The position numbers were made by a program, and so were the translations under genes. Shown one piece after another: positions 9,024 through 17,577 of a DNA stretch of 64,000 nucleotides; positions within the stretch are counted from its first letter, which is position 1, and every line of letters begins with the position of its first letter. The notes below the pieces were generated by a model, which saw only the letters and a list, made by a program, of their open reading frames with translations, ran no database searches and was not told where the DNA came from. The stretch comes from Ilumatobacteraceae bacterium (lineage in GTDB: Bacteria > Actinomycetota > Acidimicrobiia > Acidimicrobiales > Ilumatobacteraceae): assembly GCA_963828415.1 (NCBI GenBank), contig CAWHEI010000015.1, forward strand, positions 180,285 through 244,284, written 5' to 3'.

Positions 9024-10100
9024 GTGACCGAACTGGCCGGGCAGCTGCGCGTCGTGATGATCGTCATCGACGCGATGCCGCACCGACACGTGAGCCCGGC
9101 CCTGACGCCCAACCTGTGGGGCCAGGCGTCGACCGGCGGGCGGGCACCGATGGGTGCGCTGTCGCTGCCGGTGTCGGTCACCTATGCGAACCACGCTGCG
9201 TTCGTCACGGGCGTCGACCCGACGATCACCGGCGTGCACGGCAACCACACCTGGACCGACGAGGGCTGGACGCCGGCTCCGAAACTGGGGCCGCGCGCGA
9301 CGACCCTGTTCGAGCGGGTCCGAGCCGCAGGTGGGACATCGGCGATGGTCGTCGGCGACCAGAAACTGGTCGGCCAGATGGGCGGGTCGAGCGCCGACGT
9401 GTGTTGGCCGCCCGCCGGTCGCCTCCCTGACGGCACCGAGCGCTGCCTGTTCGGCTACGCCTCCGATGCGGCGGTTCTCGCGGCACTCGATGGCATCGAC
9501 CTCGACGTCGACGTCGCCGTGATCCACCTCAACGAACCCGACACCACGTCGCACCTGTTCGGACCGGACTCGCCGGAGGCGTTCGAGCAGTACCGAGCGA
9601 CCGACGCTGCATACGGCGAGGTGATCTCCCGGCTCGCCGATGCGTGGGACAGCACGCTGGTGCTGACCGTGTCGGATCACGACCAGGAGACGATCACCGA
9701 CTTCACCCCGGTCGAACTGGCCGAAGCGTTCGCCACCATCGAGGGCGTGGACGTCGCCGACGAGGGGACGGCCGCACTCGTGCACCGGGCGCCCGGCAGC
9801 ATCGACGACGACCGGCTGGCCGACCTCATCCGATCGGTCGACGGTGTCGAGGCGGCGGTGGCGCTCACACCGGAGATCTGGATGGCGTGGACGGAACCCG
9901 GCCGAGCGTTCGGGACCACGCCGATTCCGATTCATGGCCAGCACGGCAGCCCGCGCTGTCGCACGCAGATGGCGATCGTGTCCGGCGGCGACGGGCGCGT
10001 CGGCGGCGTCGCACGACAGCTCGAACGCCGCCAGCCATCGGTGCTCGACTGGGCACCGATGATCGCCCGGCTCCTCCAGCTCGACGAGGGCTCGACGTGA
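9024..10100 (+). CDS. alkaline-phosphatase-superfamily enzyme (nucleotide pyrophosphatase/phosphodiesterase type)
   Basis: 358 aa with motifs VIDAMPHRHV..NLW, YANHAAFVTG, HLNEPDTTSHLFGP and VSDHDQE. Confidence 0.8.
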   Translation: MTELAGQLRVVMIVIDAMPHRHVSPALTPNLWGQASTGGRAPMGALSLPVSVTYANHAAFVTGVDPTITGVHGNHTWTDEGWTPAPKLGPRATTLFERVRAAGGTSAMVVGDQKLVGQMGGSSADVCWPPAGRLPDGTERCLFGYASDAAVLAALDGIDLDVDVAVIHLNEPDTTSHLFGPDSPEAFEQYRATDAAYGEVISRLADAWDSTLVLTVSDHDQETITDFTPVELAEAFATIEGVDVADEGTAALVHRAPGSIDDDRLADLIRSVDGVEAAVALTPEIWMAWTEPGRAFGTTPIPIHGQHGSPRCRTQMAIVSGGDGRVGGVARQLERRQPSVLDWAPMIARLLQLDEGST

Positions 10101-10876
10101 GCGGCGGTGTCGATCGGGTCGACGTGGCAGCGTTCCGGCGCGACGGCTGGCTCATGCTTCCCCAGGCGCTGTCGTCGGTGCAACTCGACGCGCTCGACAC
10201 GGCGGTCACACGACTGCAGGGGTGGGCCGAGACCGGCGGGCCGGGTCTGCACCACTTCGAACAGACCGACACGGGCGCGGTGCTGGCACGCAGCGAAGAC
10301 TTCGTCGACGCCGACCCGGTCTTCCACGACGTCATCCGAAGCGGCATCGTCGTCGACGTCCTCGCCCAACTGTTCGGCGACGAGCCGGTGCTGTTCAAGG
10401 AGAAGATCAACTACAAGCAGCCGGGCGGTGGCGGCTTCGCTCCGCACCAGGACGCGACGGCGTACCGCTTCGTCGACCATCACATCTCGTGCATGGTGCC
10501 GCTCGACCCGGCGACCCCCGAGAGCGGCTGTCTGTACGTGGCGCCCGGCTACGAGGCGGGTCGTCTGCCGACCGACGAGCGAGGTCGGGTCGAGGAGTCG
10601 ACCGCTGCAGGGCTCGGCTGGCAGCCGGTGCCGCTCGAGCCGGGGGACCTGTTGTTCTTCGACTCGTACACGCCGCACTACAGCGACACGAACACCACGA
10701 CCCGGGCACGGCGGGCGGCGTACCTCACCTACAACGCGACGTCGCTCGGCGATCACCGCGACCGCTACTACGCCGACAAACGCGCCGAGTTCGAACGGGC
10801 AGGCGGTGACTTCGAGGGCGAACGAGTCCGGATCAGCATCAGCGACGACTTCCTCGGACGACCGGTGCAGCGGTGA
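10097..10876 (+). CDS. PhyH-family Fe(II)/2-oxoglutarate dioxygenase (PhnY*-like)
   Basis: GTG 10097 overlaps the upstream stop. Motifs are FRRDGWLML, HQDATAY (HxD), FFDSYTPHYS (distal His) and RRAAYLTYN. Confidence 0.85.
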   Translation: MSGGVDRVDVAAFRRDGWLMLPQALSSVQLDALDTAVTRLQGWAETGGPGLHHFEQTDTGAVLARSEDFVDADPVFHDVIRSGIVVDVLAQLFGDEPVLFKEKINYKQPGGGGFAPHQDATAYRFVDHHISCMVPLDPATPESGCLYVAPGYEAGRLPTDERGRVEESTAAGLGWQPVPLEPGDLLFFDSYTPHYSDTNTTTRARRAAYLTYNATSLGDHRDRYYADKRAEFERAGGDFEGERVRISISDDFLGRPVQR

Positions 10877-11406
10877 ACGAACTCGCCGCGCTCTACGCCT
10901 CGCCGGCCGCGCTGCGGATGTACGACGAGGCGGTCACCGAACTCGACCATGCACTGCAGGCAGCAGCGCTCGCGCGATCCGAGGGTGCGCCCGACCACCT
11001 GGTGGCTGCGGCGCTGCTCCACGACGTCGGCCATCTCGTGTCGGACGACAACGTCACGCTCGACGACGACCTCACCGACGACTTCCACCACGAGCGGGTG
11101 GGCGCCCAGTACCTCGCCCGCTGGTTCGGACCGGAGGTCACCGCGCCCGTCGCGCTCCACGTGGCCGCGAAGCGCTATCTCTGTGCGGTCGAGCCCGGCT
11201 ACCTCGACGGCCTGTCGCCGTCGTCAGCCCGAAGCCTCGCGCTCCAGGGCGGGCCGATGTCGGCTGACGAGGTGACACGGTTCGAACAGCTCCCCCATCA
11301 CGACGCCGCGGTACGGGTTCGTCGCTGGGACGACCAGGCCAAGGTCGCCGGTCTCGACGTCGGCGTCTTCGCCGACCACCAACTGCTCCTCGACACGCTG
11401 GCCTGA
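10873..11406 (+). CDS. HD-domain oxygenase, PhnZ-like (phosphonate C-P cleavage family)
   Basis: The start overlaps the PhyH stop. HD ligand pattern: LDHALQ, LLHDVGH, FHHERVGAQYL, HVAAKRYL, RRWDDQAK. Confidence 0.8.
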   Translation: MNELAALYASPAALRMYDEAVTELDHALQAAALARSEGAPDHLVAAALLHDVGHLVSDDNVTLDDDLTDDFHHERVGAQYLARWFGPEVTAPVALHVAAKRYLCAVEPGYLDGLSPSSARSLALQGGPMSADEVTRFEQLPHHDAAVRVRRWDDQAKVAGLDVGVFADHQLLLDTLA

Positions 11407-11420
11407 GCCCGCGCCGGAAA

Positions 11421-11478
11421 CCACGTTTGCGTTGCGGTTCGGGTGACCCGCCCCACCCGAAACCGCACACAAACGTGG
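11421..11478. repeat. Family A hairpin, single copy, between convergent genes (possible bidirectional terminator)
   Basis: CCACGTTTGCGTTGCGGTTCGGGTG-acccgcc-CCACCCGAAACCGCACACAAACGTGG. It shares the core TTCGGGTGACCCGCCCCACCCG with the 731..931 units. Confidence 0.85.
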
Positions 11479-11506
11479 TCGGAGGGCGCGGTTCGGGGAG
11501 TTCGGG

Positions 11507-11956
11507 TCAGGTGAGGTGGCGGCCGCAGTGGGGCCAGGGGCGGGCGCCGCGCTCGCTGTAGAGGGCGAGGGCCATCGCGTCCTGATCCGCGGGCGCCGCG
11601 GCGGCCGGGTCGACGCCGACGAGCTGCGGCGCGTGACGCTCGGCGACGGAGTTCCACGTCGAACGATCGAACTGGTAGGCGCCGCGGTACTTGCCGGATC
11701 GGCTGGTGATCGCATAGTTGCCGTGCGACTCGCACTCGCGCAGCGCGGCCCACTCGGCCGGGTCCGGCCCGGGTGGCAGGACGGGCACGGGCAACGTGTC
11801 GATCGGCATTCCGAGGAACTCGAGTGCATTGCGGTGCGCTCGTTGCGTGGCGCTGCCGTACCAGCCATCGGTCGCCACGCCCAGCGCTTCTTGGAGTGCG
11901 GCGACTCGGGGACCTCGTTCGTCCCACGCGTAGGTGTCGGCGACGATGACGATCAC
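11507..11956 (-). CDS. Rpf-like transglycosylase with peptidoglycan-binding domain (C-terminal portion or separate gene)
   Basis: It has a PG-binding-like segment (LQEALGVATDGWYGSATQRAHRNALEFLG) and an Rpf/transglycosylase core (WAALRECESHGNYAI..GKYRGAYQFDRSTW..QDAMALALY..PWPHCG). GTG 11956 forms GTGA with the stop of the upstream ORF. Confidence 0.7.
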   Translation of the reverse strand: MIVIVADTYAWDERGPRVAALQEALGVATDGWYGSATQRAHRNALEFLGMPIDTLPVPVLPPGPDPAEWAALRECESHGNYAITSRSGKYRGAYQFDRSTWNSVAERHAPQLVGVDPAAAAPADQDAMALALYSERGARPWPHCGRHLT

Positions 11957-12246
11957 GGGATCCACCGTCGGTGCCGCAGCAGGCTCCCGGACGGGCTCCG
12001 GGGCGCGAGCGACGTCGCGTTCGGCAACCGGAACGGATCCGGAACTGGTGCACTCGGTGGAGCGGTTCGTTCCGCGAGTCGCGGTGTGGCGGGTGCAGCG
12101 ACCCGCGAAGCGTCGTCGCCGAGTGCTCGTGCGACGACGGGTGTGCCTCCGATCACGAGGACCGCCGCGATCAACGCCGCGGACCGGCGAATGGTCCGAG
12201 TCGGCACGTGGACGCGCGAGGAAGGGTGGTGGGGGTGGGGGGTCAT
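11953..12246 (-). CDS. signal-anchor/Pro-Ala-rich ORF, probably the N-terminus of the Rpf-like protein in another frame
   Basis: ATG 12246 is preceded by AAGGAG. It has a TM/signal segment RRSAALIAAVLVIGGTPVVARA and then an Ala/Pro linker. It is in a different frame from 11507..11956. Confidence 0.5.
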   Translation of the reverse strand: MTPHPHHPSSRVHVPTRTIRRSAALIAAVLVIGGTPVVARALGDDASRVAAPATPRLAERTAPPSAPVPDPFRLPNATSLAPRSPSGSLLRHRRWIP

Positions 12247-12416
12247 GACGCTCCTTGGCAGCGGGGACCAACGTGGGTCCGCACGGCGTGTCGGCGCGTG
12301 ATCGCGCCGGGCCTGGTGTTCGTGACCCGCAATGTTACGGAATCATGACGAAACACCTCGCGGCGCGGGTGGGTCATCGGTCACATCAGTCGGCGCCGGT
12401 GAGTACGGTCTCACAG

Positions 12417-12797
12417 ATGGAACCGGTGATCGCCGAGGTGCTCGACGCCAACCGTGCGTTCTACGACGCACACGAGGCGCGCGACCTCGATGCGATGCGG
12501 GCGGTGTGGGAGCACCACGACCATGTCGTGTGCGTGCATCCGGGGTGGCCGATCCTGCGCACCTGGGCCCACGTCGAAGAGTCGTGGCGGCGAATCTTCG
12601 ACGGGCCGGGCCGCAACCAGTTCATCCTCACCAACGAGGCCGTTGCCGTGCACGGCGACACCGCGTGGGTGACGCTCGACGAGAACCTCGTCGATGCCGG
12701 CGGTACCGGCACCGTCGCAGCCACGAACCTCTACGTCCGCCGCGACGGTCGCTGGCTGCTCGTCGCGCACCACGGCTCGCCGGTCATCGCGAGCTGA
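12417..12797 (+). CDS. SnoaL/NTF2-like (DUF4440-type) protein
   Basis: 126 aa from ATG 12417, with an alternative ATG at 12345. It shows the NTF2-like pattern (ANRAFYDAHEARDLDAMRAVW..., AWVTLDENL, RRDGRWLLVAHHGSP). Confidence 0.75.
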   Translation: MEPVIAEVLDANRAFYDAHEARDLDAMRAVWEHHDHVVCVHPGWPILRTWAHVEESWRRIFDGPGRNQFILTNEAVAVHGDTAWVTLDENLVDAGGTGTVAATNLYVRRDGRWLLVAHHGSPVIAS

Positions 12798-12817
12798 ACC
12801 GGACGACGGCGTCGGTG

Positions 12818-13753
12818 TCAGCCGGATCGATCCGGGATGCCGAGTGTGACATCCATCGAGATCCGGTACGAGAACGTCGCCGCCGTCGGCCCATCGAGGC
12901 CCAGCAGGGCGGCAACGTCGAGGGTCGGGTGACGCGGGAAGTCGACGGTCCACTCACCGTCGAGCGGGCCTCCGTCGTGGAACACGATGTCGCCCACGGA
13001 ACTCACCAGTACTTCTTGCACCTCGGTGGACGACGGCTCGCCCGGGGCACGCAGTTGTCGCAGCAGGAACACCTGGTGGGGTGCATACTTCAGGACCGAC
13101 GTCAGATCGATCGCCGACGCGACGCCGTCGATGCGATGCTCGGTGGCGTCGTCGAGCAGCCGATCGAGCACCGCATCGACCACTTCCTGACCCGTGCTCC
13201 ACGCGGAACGAGCGACAGCCTGCCCAGCGGTGAGTTCGACGGTGTTGATCACTTCCTCGGTCACACGCTGGTCGGGAGCGCCGGGGAACACCGCGGCGGT
13301 CGTCGAGAACCGGGGCGCCGACTGCTCCAGGTCGGCCATCTCGATGGTGCCGAGATTCTTCGGGTAGCCGAACCCCTCGCGACCTTCGATCACCGCGATC
13401 GCCTGATCGACCCACACGAGCGGCACGTACCACCCGATCCGCGGGAGTTCGAGACCACCGGGCAGTTCGGCCACCAGCATCCAGACCATCAGGTCGTTCT
13501 CGGCGTAATACCCCTGGCGCGACGACGGCGCGTCGGGCGACGAGCTGCGTTCGATCGCCACATAGGTCACCACGACGAACGGCAGCACGGGCACGAATCG
13601 GCGGCCGCCTCCGGCCTGGTTCAACTCGGCGTCGAGCAACCGCTGCAACGCCGAATATCTCGTCTCGACGACGAAGCCGTGGAACGACGACCCCTCGGCG
13701 CGATACGGCGGCGGGGCGAATGGGTCGGAGTCTCGATAGATGTATGGGCTCAT
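12818..13753 (-). CDS. acetoacetate decarboxylase (ADC)-fold family protein
   Basis: 311 aa from ATG 13753, with an ATGA overlap with the cyclase stop. It has the ADC-family-like motif VIEGREGFGYPK and a beta-rich composition. Confidence 0.7.
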   Translation of the reverse strand: MSPYIYRDSDPFAPPPYRAEGSSFHGFVVETRYSALQRLLDAELNQAGGGRRFVPVLPFVVVTYVAIERSSSPDAPSSRQGYYAENDLMVWMLVAELPGGLELPRIGWYVPLVWVDQAIAVIEGREGFGYPKNLGTIEMADLEQSAPRFSTTAAVFPGAPDQRVTEEVINTVELTAGQAVARSAWSTGQEVVDAVLDRLLDDATEHRIDGVASAIDLTSVLKYAPHQVFLLRQLRAPGEPSSTEVQEVLVSSVGDIVFHDGGPLDGEWTVDFPRHPTLDVAALLGLDGPTAATFSYRISMDVTLGIPDRSG

Positions 13754-16700
13754 GTCGTCTCCGTGACTGCCTGGGTGGGGTCGATCAGTGAATGCGACAC
13801 GCATCGCATCGGTTCGACGCCGACGCGGCGCACCGCCCGCCCGAGGCGGCGTTCGTCGAGCCGGCGCCGCAGGCGACCCGCGACCTGGGGTCGGCGAAGC
13901 TCGTCGGCGCGCACGAGCGCTGCGTGATAGCTCGGTCGACCGACCGGGAACAGCATCCGGAACACGCCGAACGACACGAGCACCCGCCGATGCAGCACCC
14001 GCAACGACCGTGCCCGCAACGGCGCCTCGCGCTGGGCGCGTTCGCGCATGATCGCCACGGCTTCGTCGAGAAACACGTATTGACAGAGTAGGTAGAAGAA
14101 GCTCGGCGGCGTGGCCAGGAGCGAATCAGACGCCGCCCGAACTGCGCGCTCGGCCGCGGCGAAGTCGGGCTCGGTACGAGCGGCGATCAGCCCTCGACAA
14201 ACCGACCGGAACAGGATCGACACGCCGTCGGCCGGCAGATCGTTGCCTGCGTCGAGGCGACCCTGCGCCTCGGCATCGCGACCCATCGCGAGCAACGCCA
14301 TCGCCTCGCCGTTGTAGCCCCACGCGCTCATTCGGGGATCACCACGCGACGAGGCGCTCACCCCCAGCCGCCCATAGCGGTCGAGTGCAGTCTCGAGGTC
14401 ATTGGCGTAACAGTCGGCGTACCCGGCCGATGATTCGACAACTTCAGCGATGTACGGCGACCCCCACGTGTCGCAGGCAGCACTCGCCTCGGCCAGCAGT
14501 CGAGATGCCGTCTCGAGATCCCCGTCACCGATCAGACGCATGCCGCGGAACACCTTGGCTTCCGCGACGCCGCTGGGTCCAGCGTCGGCGACGGCGCGGT
14601 CCAGGAGGCGGGCGTACACGTCGGCGACGCGCCGCAGACCGAGGCTGCGCGAGCCCACCTCGGCCATGCCATACGTCGAGGTCAGCTCGCTGCTGACAGC
14701 GCCCTCCTCCGCGAGGTTCAGCGACGTCAGCGCCACGAACAGCGTGAGCACCGCATCGTCGTCGTCCGACGCCATCAGATTGACCACCCGGAGCGCCGTC
14801 AATGCGGCAGTGGCGCGTTCGCGGGCGTGTTCACTCACGTCGACGCGAGCCCCCCAGAGGCGATGTCGGATCTGACGGACCACCCCCTCGGCGATCACCC
14901 GGAACCACTCGCCGACCGTCTCCGGAATGGCCACGTCGAGCAGGACGAGCGCCTGGGCGAGTTCCTGACGGTGCTGCTCGAGTGCCCCAGCGCTCCGCGC
15001 CGCTTCGGCAAGCGCGATGTGCCATCGGGCGCGGGTGACGTGATCGACTGCGAGGCCGTGTCGCGCCGCCAGGTCCTGAGCAGAACTCACGTAGCGTGCC
15101 GTCTGCGGACCAGCGAAGATCGGACCAGAACGAAGCGCCGCGTCGGACAGATACGGAAGCGCCCTCGCCGCGTCGTCGGCCTCGCTCCAATGGTGGGCGA
15201 GCAGCTCGACTGCGTCGGGATCATCGGGCCGTTCGGCCTCGATCATCTCGGCGGCTCGACGATGCAGCGACCGGTGCTGGGCCGGCGTCAACAGGGATGC
15301 GGCGACGTCGCGGGTGATCGAGTGCTGGAACCGGAAACGATCCCCGTCGACGACGAGCAACCCGCGAGCAACCAGTTCGGTGAGAGCTGCGTCGGCTTGT
15401 TCGACCGTCGGTGCCATCGGATGCAGCTCGCGCGCCTGGCCGGCGGTGAATCTCGATCCGAGGATGGCTGCCGCCTTCAGCGTCAGGGCAGTGAGTGGTT
15501 CGAGACAGTCGACGGTGCCCGCGACCACGCGATGCACATCGGTCGGCACGACGACCGGTTGCATCGCGGCGGTGATCGCGTGGACCCGAACGAGGTCGCC
15601 GACCGGTTCGATCTCGCCGGCGACCACCGCTGCGTCGACGAGCTGTTCGACCAGGAACGGGTTCCCAGCGGCGTGGCGATGGATTCGATCGACCACCGAC
15701 TCCGGCACCGCCCGCACCCCGAGACGTCGGCGGATGACCTCGGCGACGCCCTCGCGGTCCAAACCCTCCAACTCGATGACCTCGGCGTCGTCCCGACCGA
15801 CCAGTGCCAACCACATCACGACCTCGGGGGCCGAACGACTCTCGACGATCACGGCGGCACCCTCCCGATCGGCGAGCACCGACCCGACCACCTCGAGCGA
15901 GGCCGGGTCGAACCAGTGGGCGTCGTGGATGACGACGATCATCGGGCCGTCCGGCAACGCTTCGCGCAAGTCGCGCTGCAACCCAGCCGAAGCTGCGGAG
16001 CGAATCGGTCCGGGCGCGATGGCCGAGGTGCTGTCCCCGTAGAGCGAGTCGAGCGTGTGCCCAGCCGCCTCGGGCCGCACCTGCCGGAGGAACTGGCTGA
16101 CGCCACGCAACGGGGTGTCCCCGAGGATCGGGTGGCCCCGGAACTCGACCAACTCGAGCCCCATCGACGCCGCCTCCGCGATGCCGGCGGCGATCAGTGT
16201 CGACTTGCCGGCGCCCGGGGGACCTTCGAGCACGAGCACCCGGGGACGTTCACCGCGGCGAGCAGCATCCAGGTTCCTGCGGATCTGTTCGAGTTCCCCG
16301 CGACGCGCGACGATTCCCGCTCCCATCGCGGTGCCACCAGGAGTGCCCCCGGCGGCGACGCCGCTGGCACGAGTCGGCACCGACACGGCCACCTCGCCCA
16401 AGCCCTTCAGGTCGTAGTGGACGGTGCGATAGTCGAGACCGGTGTCTGCCAGCCGTGCGGTCTCGGCGTCGACTCGAACCTGTCCGCGTTCGAGTCCGGC
16501 GAGCCGCGCAGCGAGGTTCACGGTGGGCCCGAGACAGGTGAACGTGCGATGGCGGTCGTCGCCGAACGCACCGATGACGGTGGTTCCGGTGGCGATGCCG
16601 ATCGTCAGCGACAGCCGCAGCTCCGCCGCCGCCTCGATCGAGCGCAGCGCGGTGTCGACGGCACGCAGCGGTGCATGTTCGGGCGATCGGTCGGCCTGCG

Positions 16701-17577
16701 TGCCGAACATCGCCGCGATCTGCAAGCCCTTCTCGTCCCAGATCAGCTGGTCGATCGGGGCGTCGCCGAGCACGAACAGGCGATGCAGGCCGGCGACCGC
16801 GTCGACGATCCGTCCGGAATCGGTGAGGTGCGACCCGTGCTCGTCGGAGAGCTGGCAGAACAAGACGGTCAGCGGTCGGACCTCGCCGAGCCAGTCGGTC
16901 GATGCCGTCTCGCCCGCCAAGGTCCTCGGCAGCAGGTCGCTCAGCCCCGACGTCGACGTGTCGACCGGCCACGTCGCTGCCGGGCCGCGCCACCCGGCGA
17001 CCGACTCGTGCTCGTACACCGAATCCGGTGCCACGTGCGTCTGAGCTTGCGCCGCCAACGCCGGCGGATCGCCGATCAGCGTCCACACCCGCCGTTCGCC
17101 GACGGGGACGAGCAGCAGCTGGCTGAGACCGGCGGCCAAGCCCACGCGCAGCGACGGCAGGTCGGGCTGATCGCCTCGGAGTTGCGAGATCGAACGGGCA
17201 GCCTGCCGGGCACGCCGACGGACGTCGTCCGGATCGTCGCCGGGGAACACCGCCACCGTGGCGTCGCCGATCCGGACGAGCGTCTGGCCACCGAAGCTGC
17301 CGATGATCGAGTCCATCGCCGAGTAGCTCCGATCGAGCAGTTCGGTGAGCGAGGCGTGGCCTCGACGACCCAAGCCATCGAGACGCACGACCGTGGGCGT
17401 GAACCCGACGAGGTCGGCGACCAGCGCGATCCCCGGGAGGTCCACCGACGCGGGACCGACGGGATGCTCCGATGCGAGCGCCCTGACCGCGGCGGGAAGG
17501 AACCGGCGTTCGGCGGCAACGATGACGTCGGAGTTCGCTGTCGCCGGCGGCTTCACCGTGACCCTCCGCTCGCCCAT
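13750..17577 (-). CDS. tandem class III nucleotidyl cyclase domains + STAND/AAA NTPase + helical-repeat (TPR-like) protein
   Basis: 1275 aa. CHD1 has ADLVGFT and RIGDATVAVF. CHD2 has TIGIATG and GPTVNLAARL. The Walker A GPPGAGKST is at 16201..16224, and a long helical C-terminus follows. An alternative GTG start at 17556 forms GTGA with the upstream stop. Confidence 0.9.
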   Translation of the reverse strand: MGERRVTVKPPATANSDVIVAAERRFLPAAVRALASEHPVGPASVDLPGIALVADLVGFTPTVVRLDGLGRRGHASLTELLDRSYSAMDSIIGSFGGQTLVRIGDATVAVFPGDDPDDVRRRARQAARSISQLRGDQPDLPSLRVGLAAGLSQLLLVPVGERRVWTLIGDPPALAAQAQTHVAPDSVYEHESVAGWRGPAATWPVDTSTSGLSDLLPRTLAGETASTDWLGEVRPLTVLFCQLSDEHGSHLTDSGRIVDAVAGLHRLFVLGDAPIDQLIWDEKGLQIAAMFGTQADRSPEHAPLRAVDTALRSIEAAAELRLSLTIGIATGTTVIGAFGDDRHRTFTCLGPTVNLAARLAGLERGQVRVDAETARLADTGLDYRTVHYDLKGLGEVAVSVPTRASGVAAGGTPGGTAMGAGIVARRGELEQIRRNLDAARRGERPRVLVLEGPPGAGKSTLIAAGIAEAASMGLELVEFRGHPILGDTPLRGVSQFLRQVRPEAAGHTLDSLYGDSTSAIAPGPIRSAASAGLQRDLREALPDGPMIVVIHDAHWFDPASLEVVGSVLADREGAAVIVESRSAPEVVMWLALVGRDDAEVIELEGLDREGVAEVIRRRLGVRAVPESVVDRIHRHAAGNPFLVEQLVDAAVVAGEIEPVGDLVRVHAITAAMQPVVVPTDVHRVVAGTVDCLEPLTALTLKAAAILGSRFTAGQARELHPMAPTVEQADAALTELVARGLLVVDGDRFRFQHSITRDVAASLLTPAQHRSLHRRAAEMIEAERPDDPDAVELLAHHWSEADDAARALPYLSDAALRSGPIFAGPQTARYVSSAQDLAARHGLAVDHVTRARWHIALAEAARSAGALEQHRQELAQALVLLDVAIPETVGEWFRVIAEGVVRQIRHRLWGARVDVSEHARERATAALTALRVVNLMASDDDDAVLTLFVALTSLNLAEEGAVSSELTSTYGMAEVGSRSLGLRRVADVYARLLDRAVADAGPSGVAEAKVFRGMRLIGDGDLETASRLLAEASAACDTWGSPYIAEVVESSAGYADCYANDLETALDRYGRLGVSASSRGDPRMSAWGYNGEAMALLAMGRDAEAQGRLDAGNDLPADGVSILFRSVCRGLIAARTEPDFAAAERAVRAASDSLLATPPSFFYLLCQYVFLDEAVAIMRERAQREAPLRARSLRVLHRRVLVSFGVFRMLFPVGRPSYHAALVRADELRRPQVAGRLRRRLDERRLGRAVRRVGVEPMRCVSHSLIDPTQAVTETT

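Noticed and set aside
12247-12416. c-di-AMP (ydaO-type) riboswitch upstream of the Rpf-like gene, as is known for some actinobacterial rpf genes.
   Set aside because: The divergent intergenic region is only 170 nt and is shared with the SnoaL-like gene. I could not recognise the pseudo-symmetric ydaO core. Only a strong AAGGAG RBS is evident.
13750-17577. Cyclase as part of a Pycsar/CBASS-like anti-phage signalling system.
   Set aside because: No adjacent effector carries a cNMP-binding, TIR, patatin, nuclease or pore-forming domain. The neighbours are metabolic-type enzymes. The architecture (tandem CHD + STAND + helical repeats) matches housekeeping actinobacterial signalling ATPases rather than the small PycC/CD-NTase enzymes. 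There is no mobile-element context.
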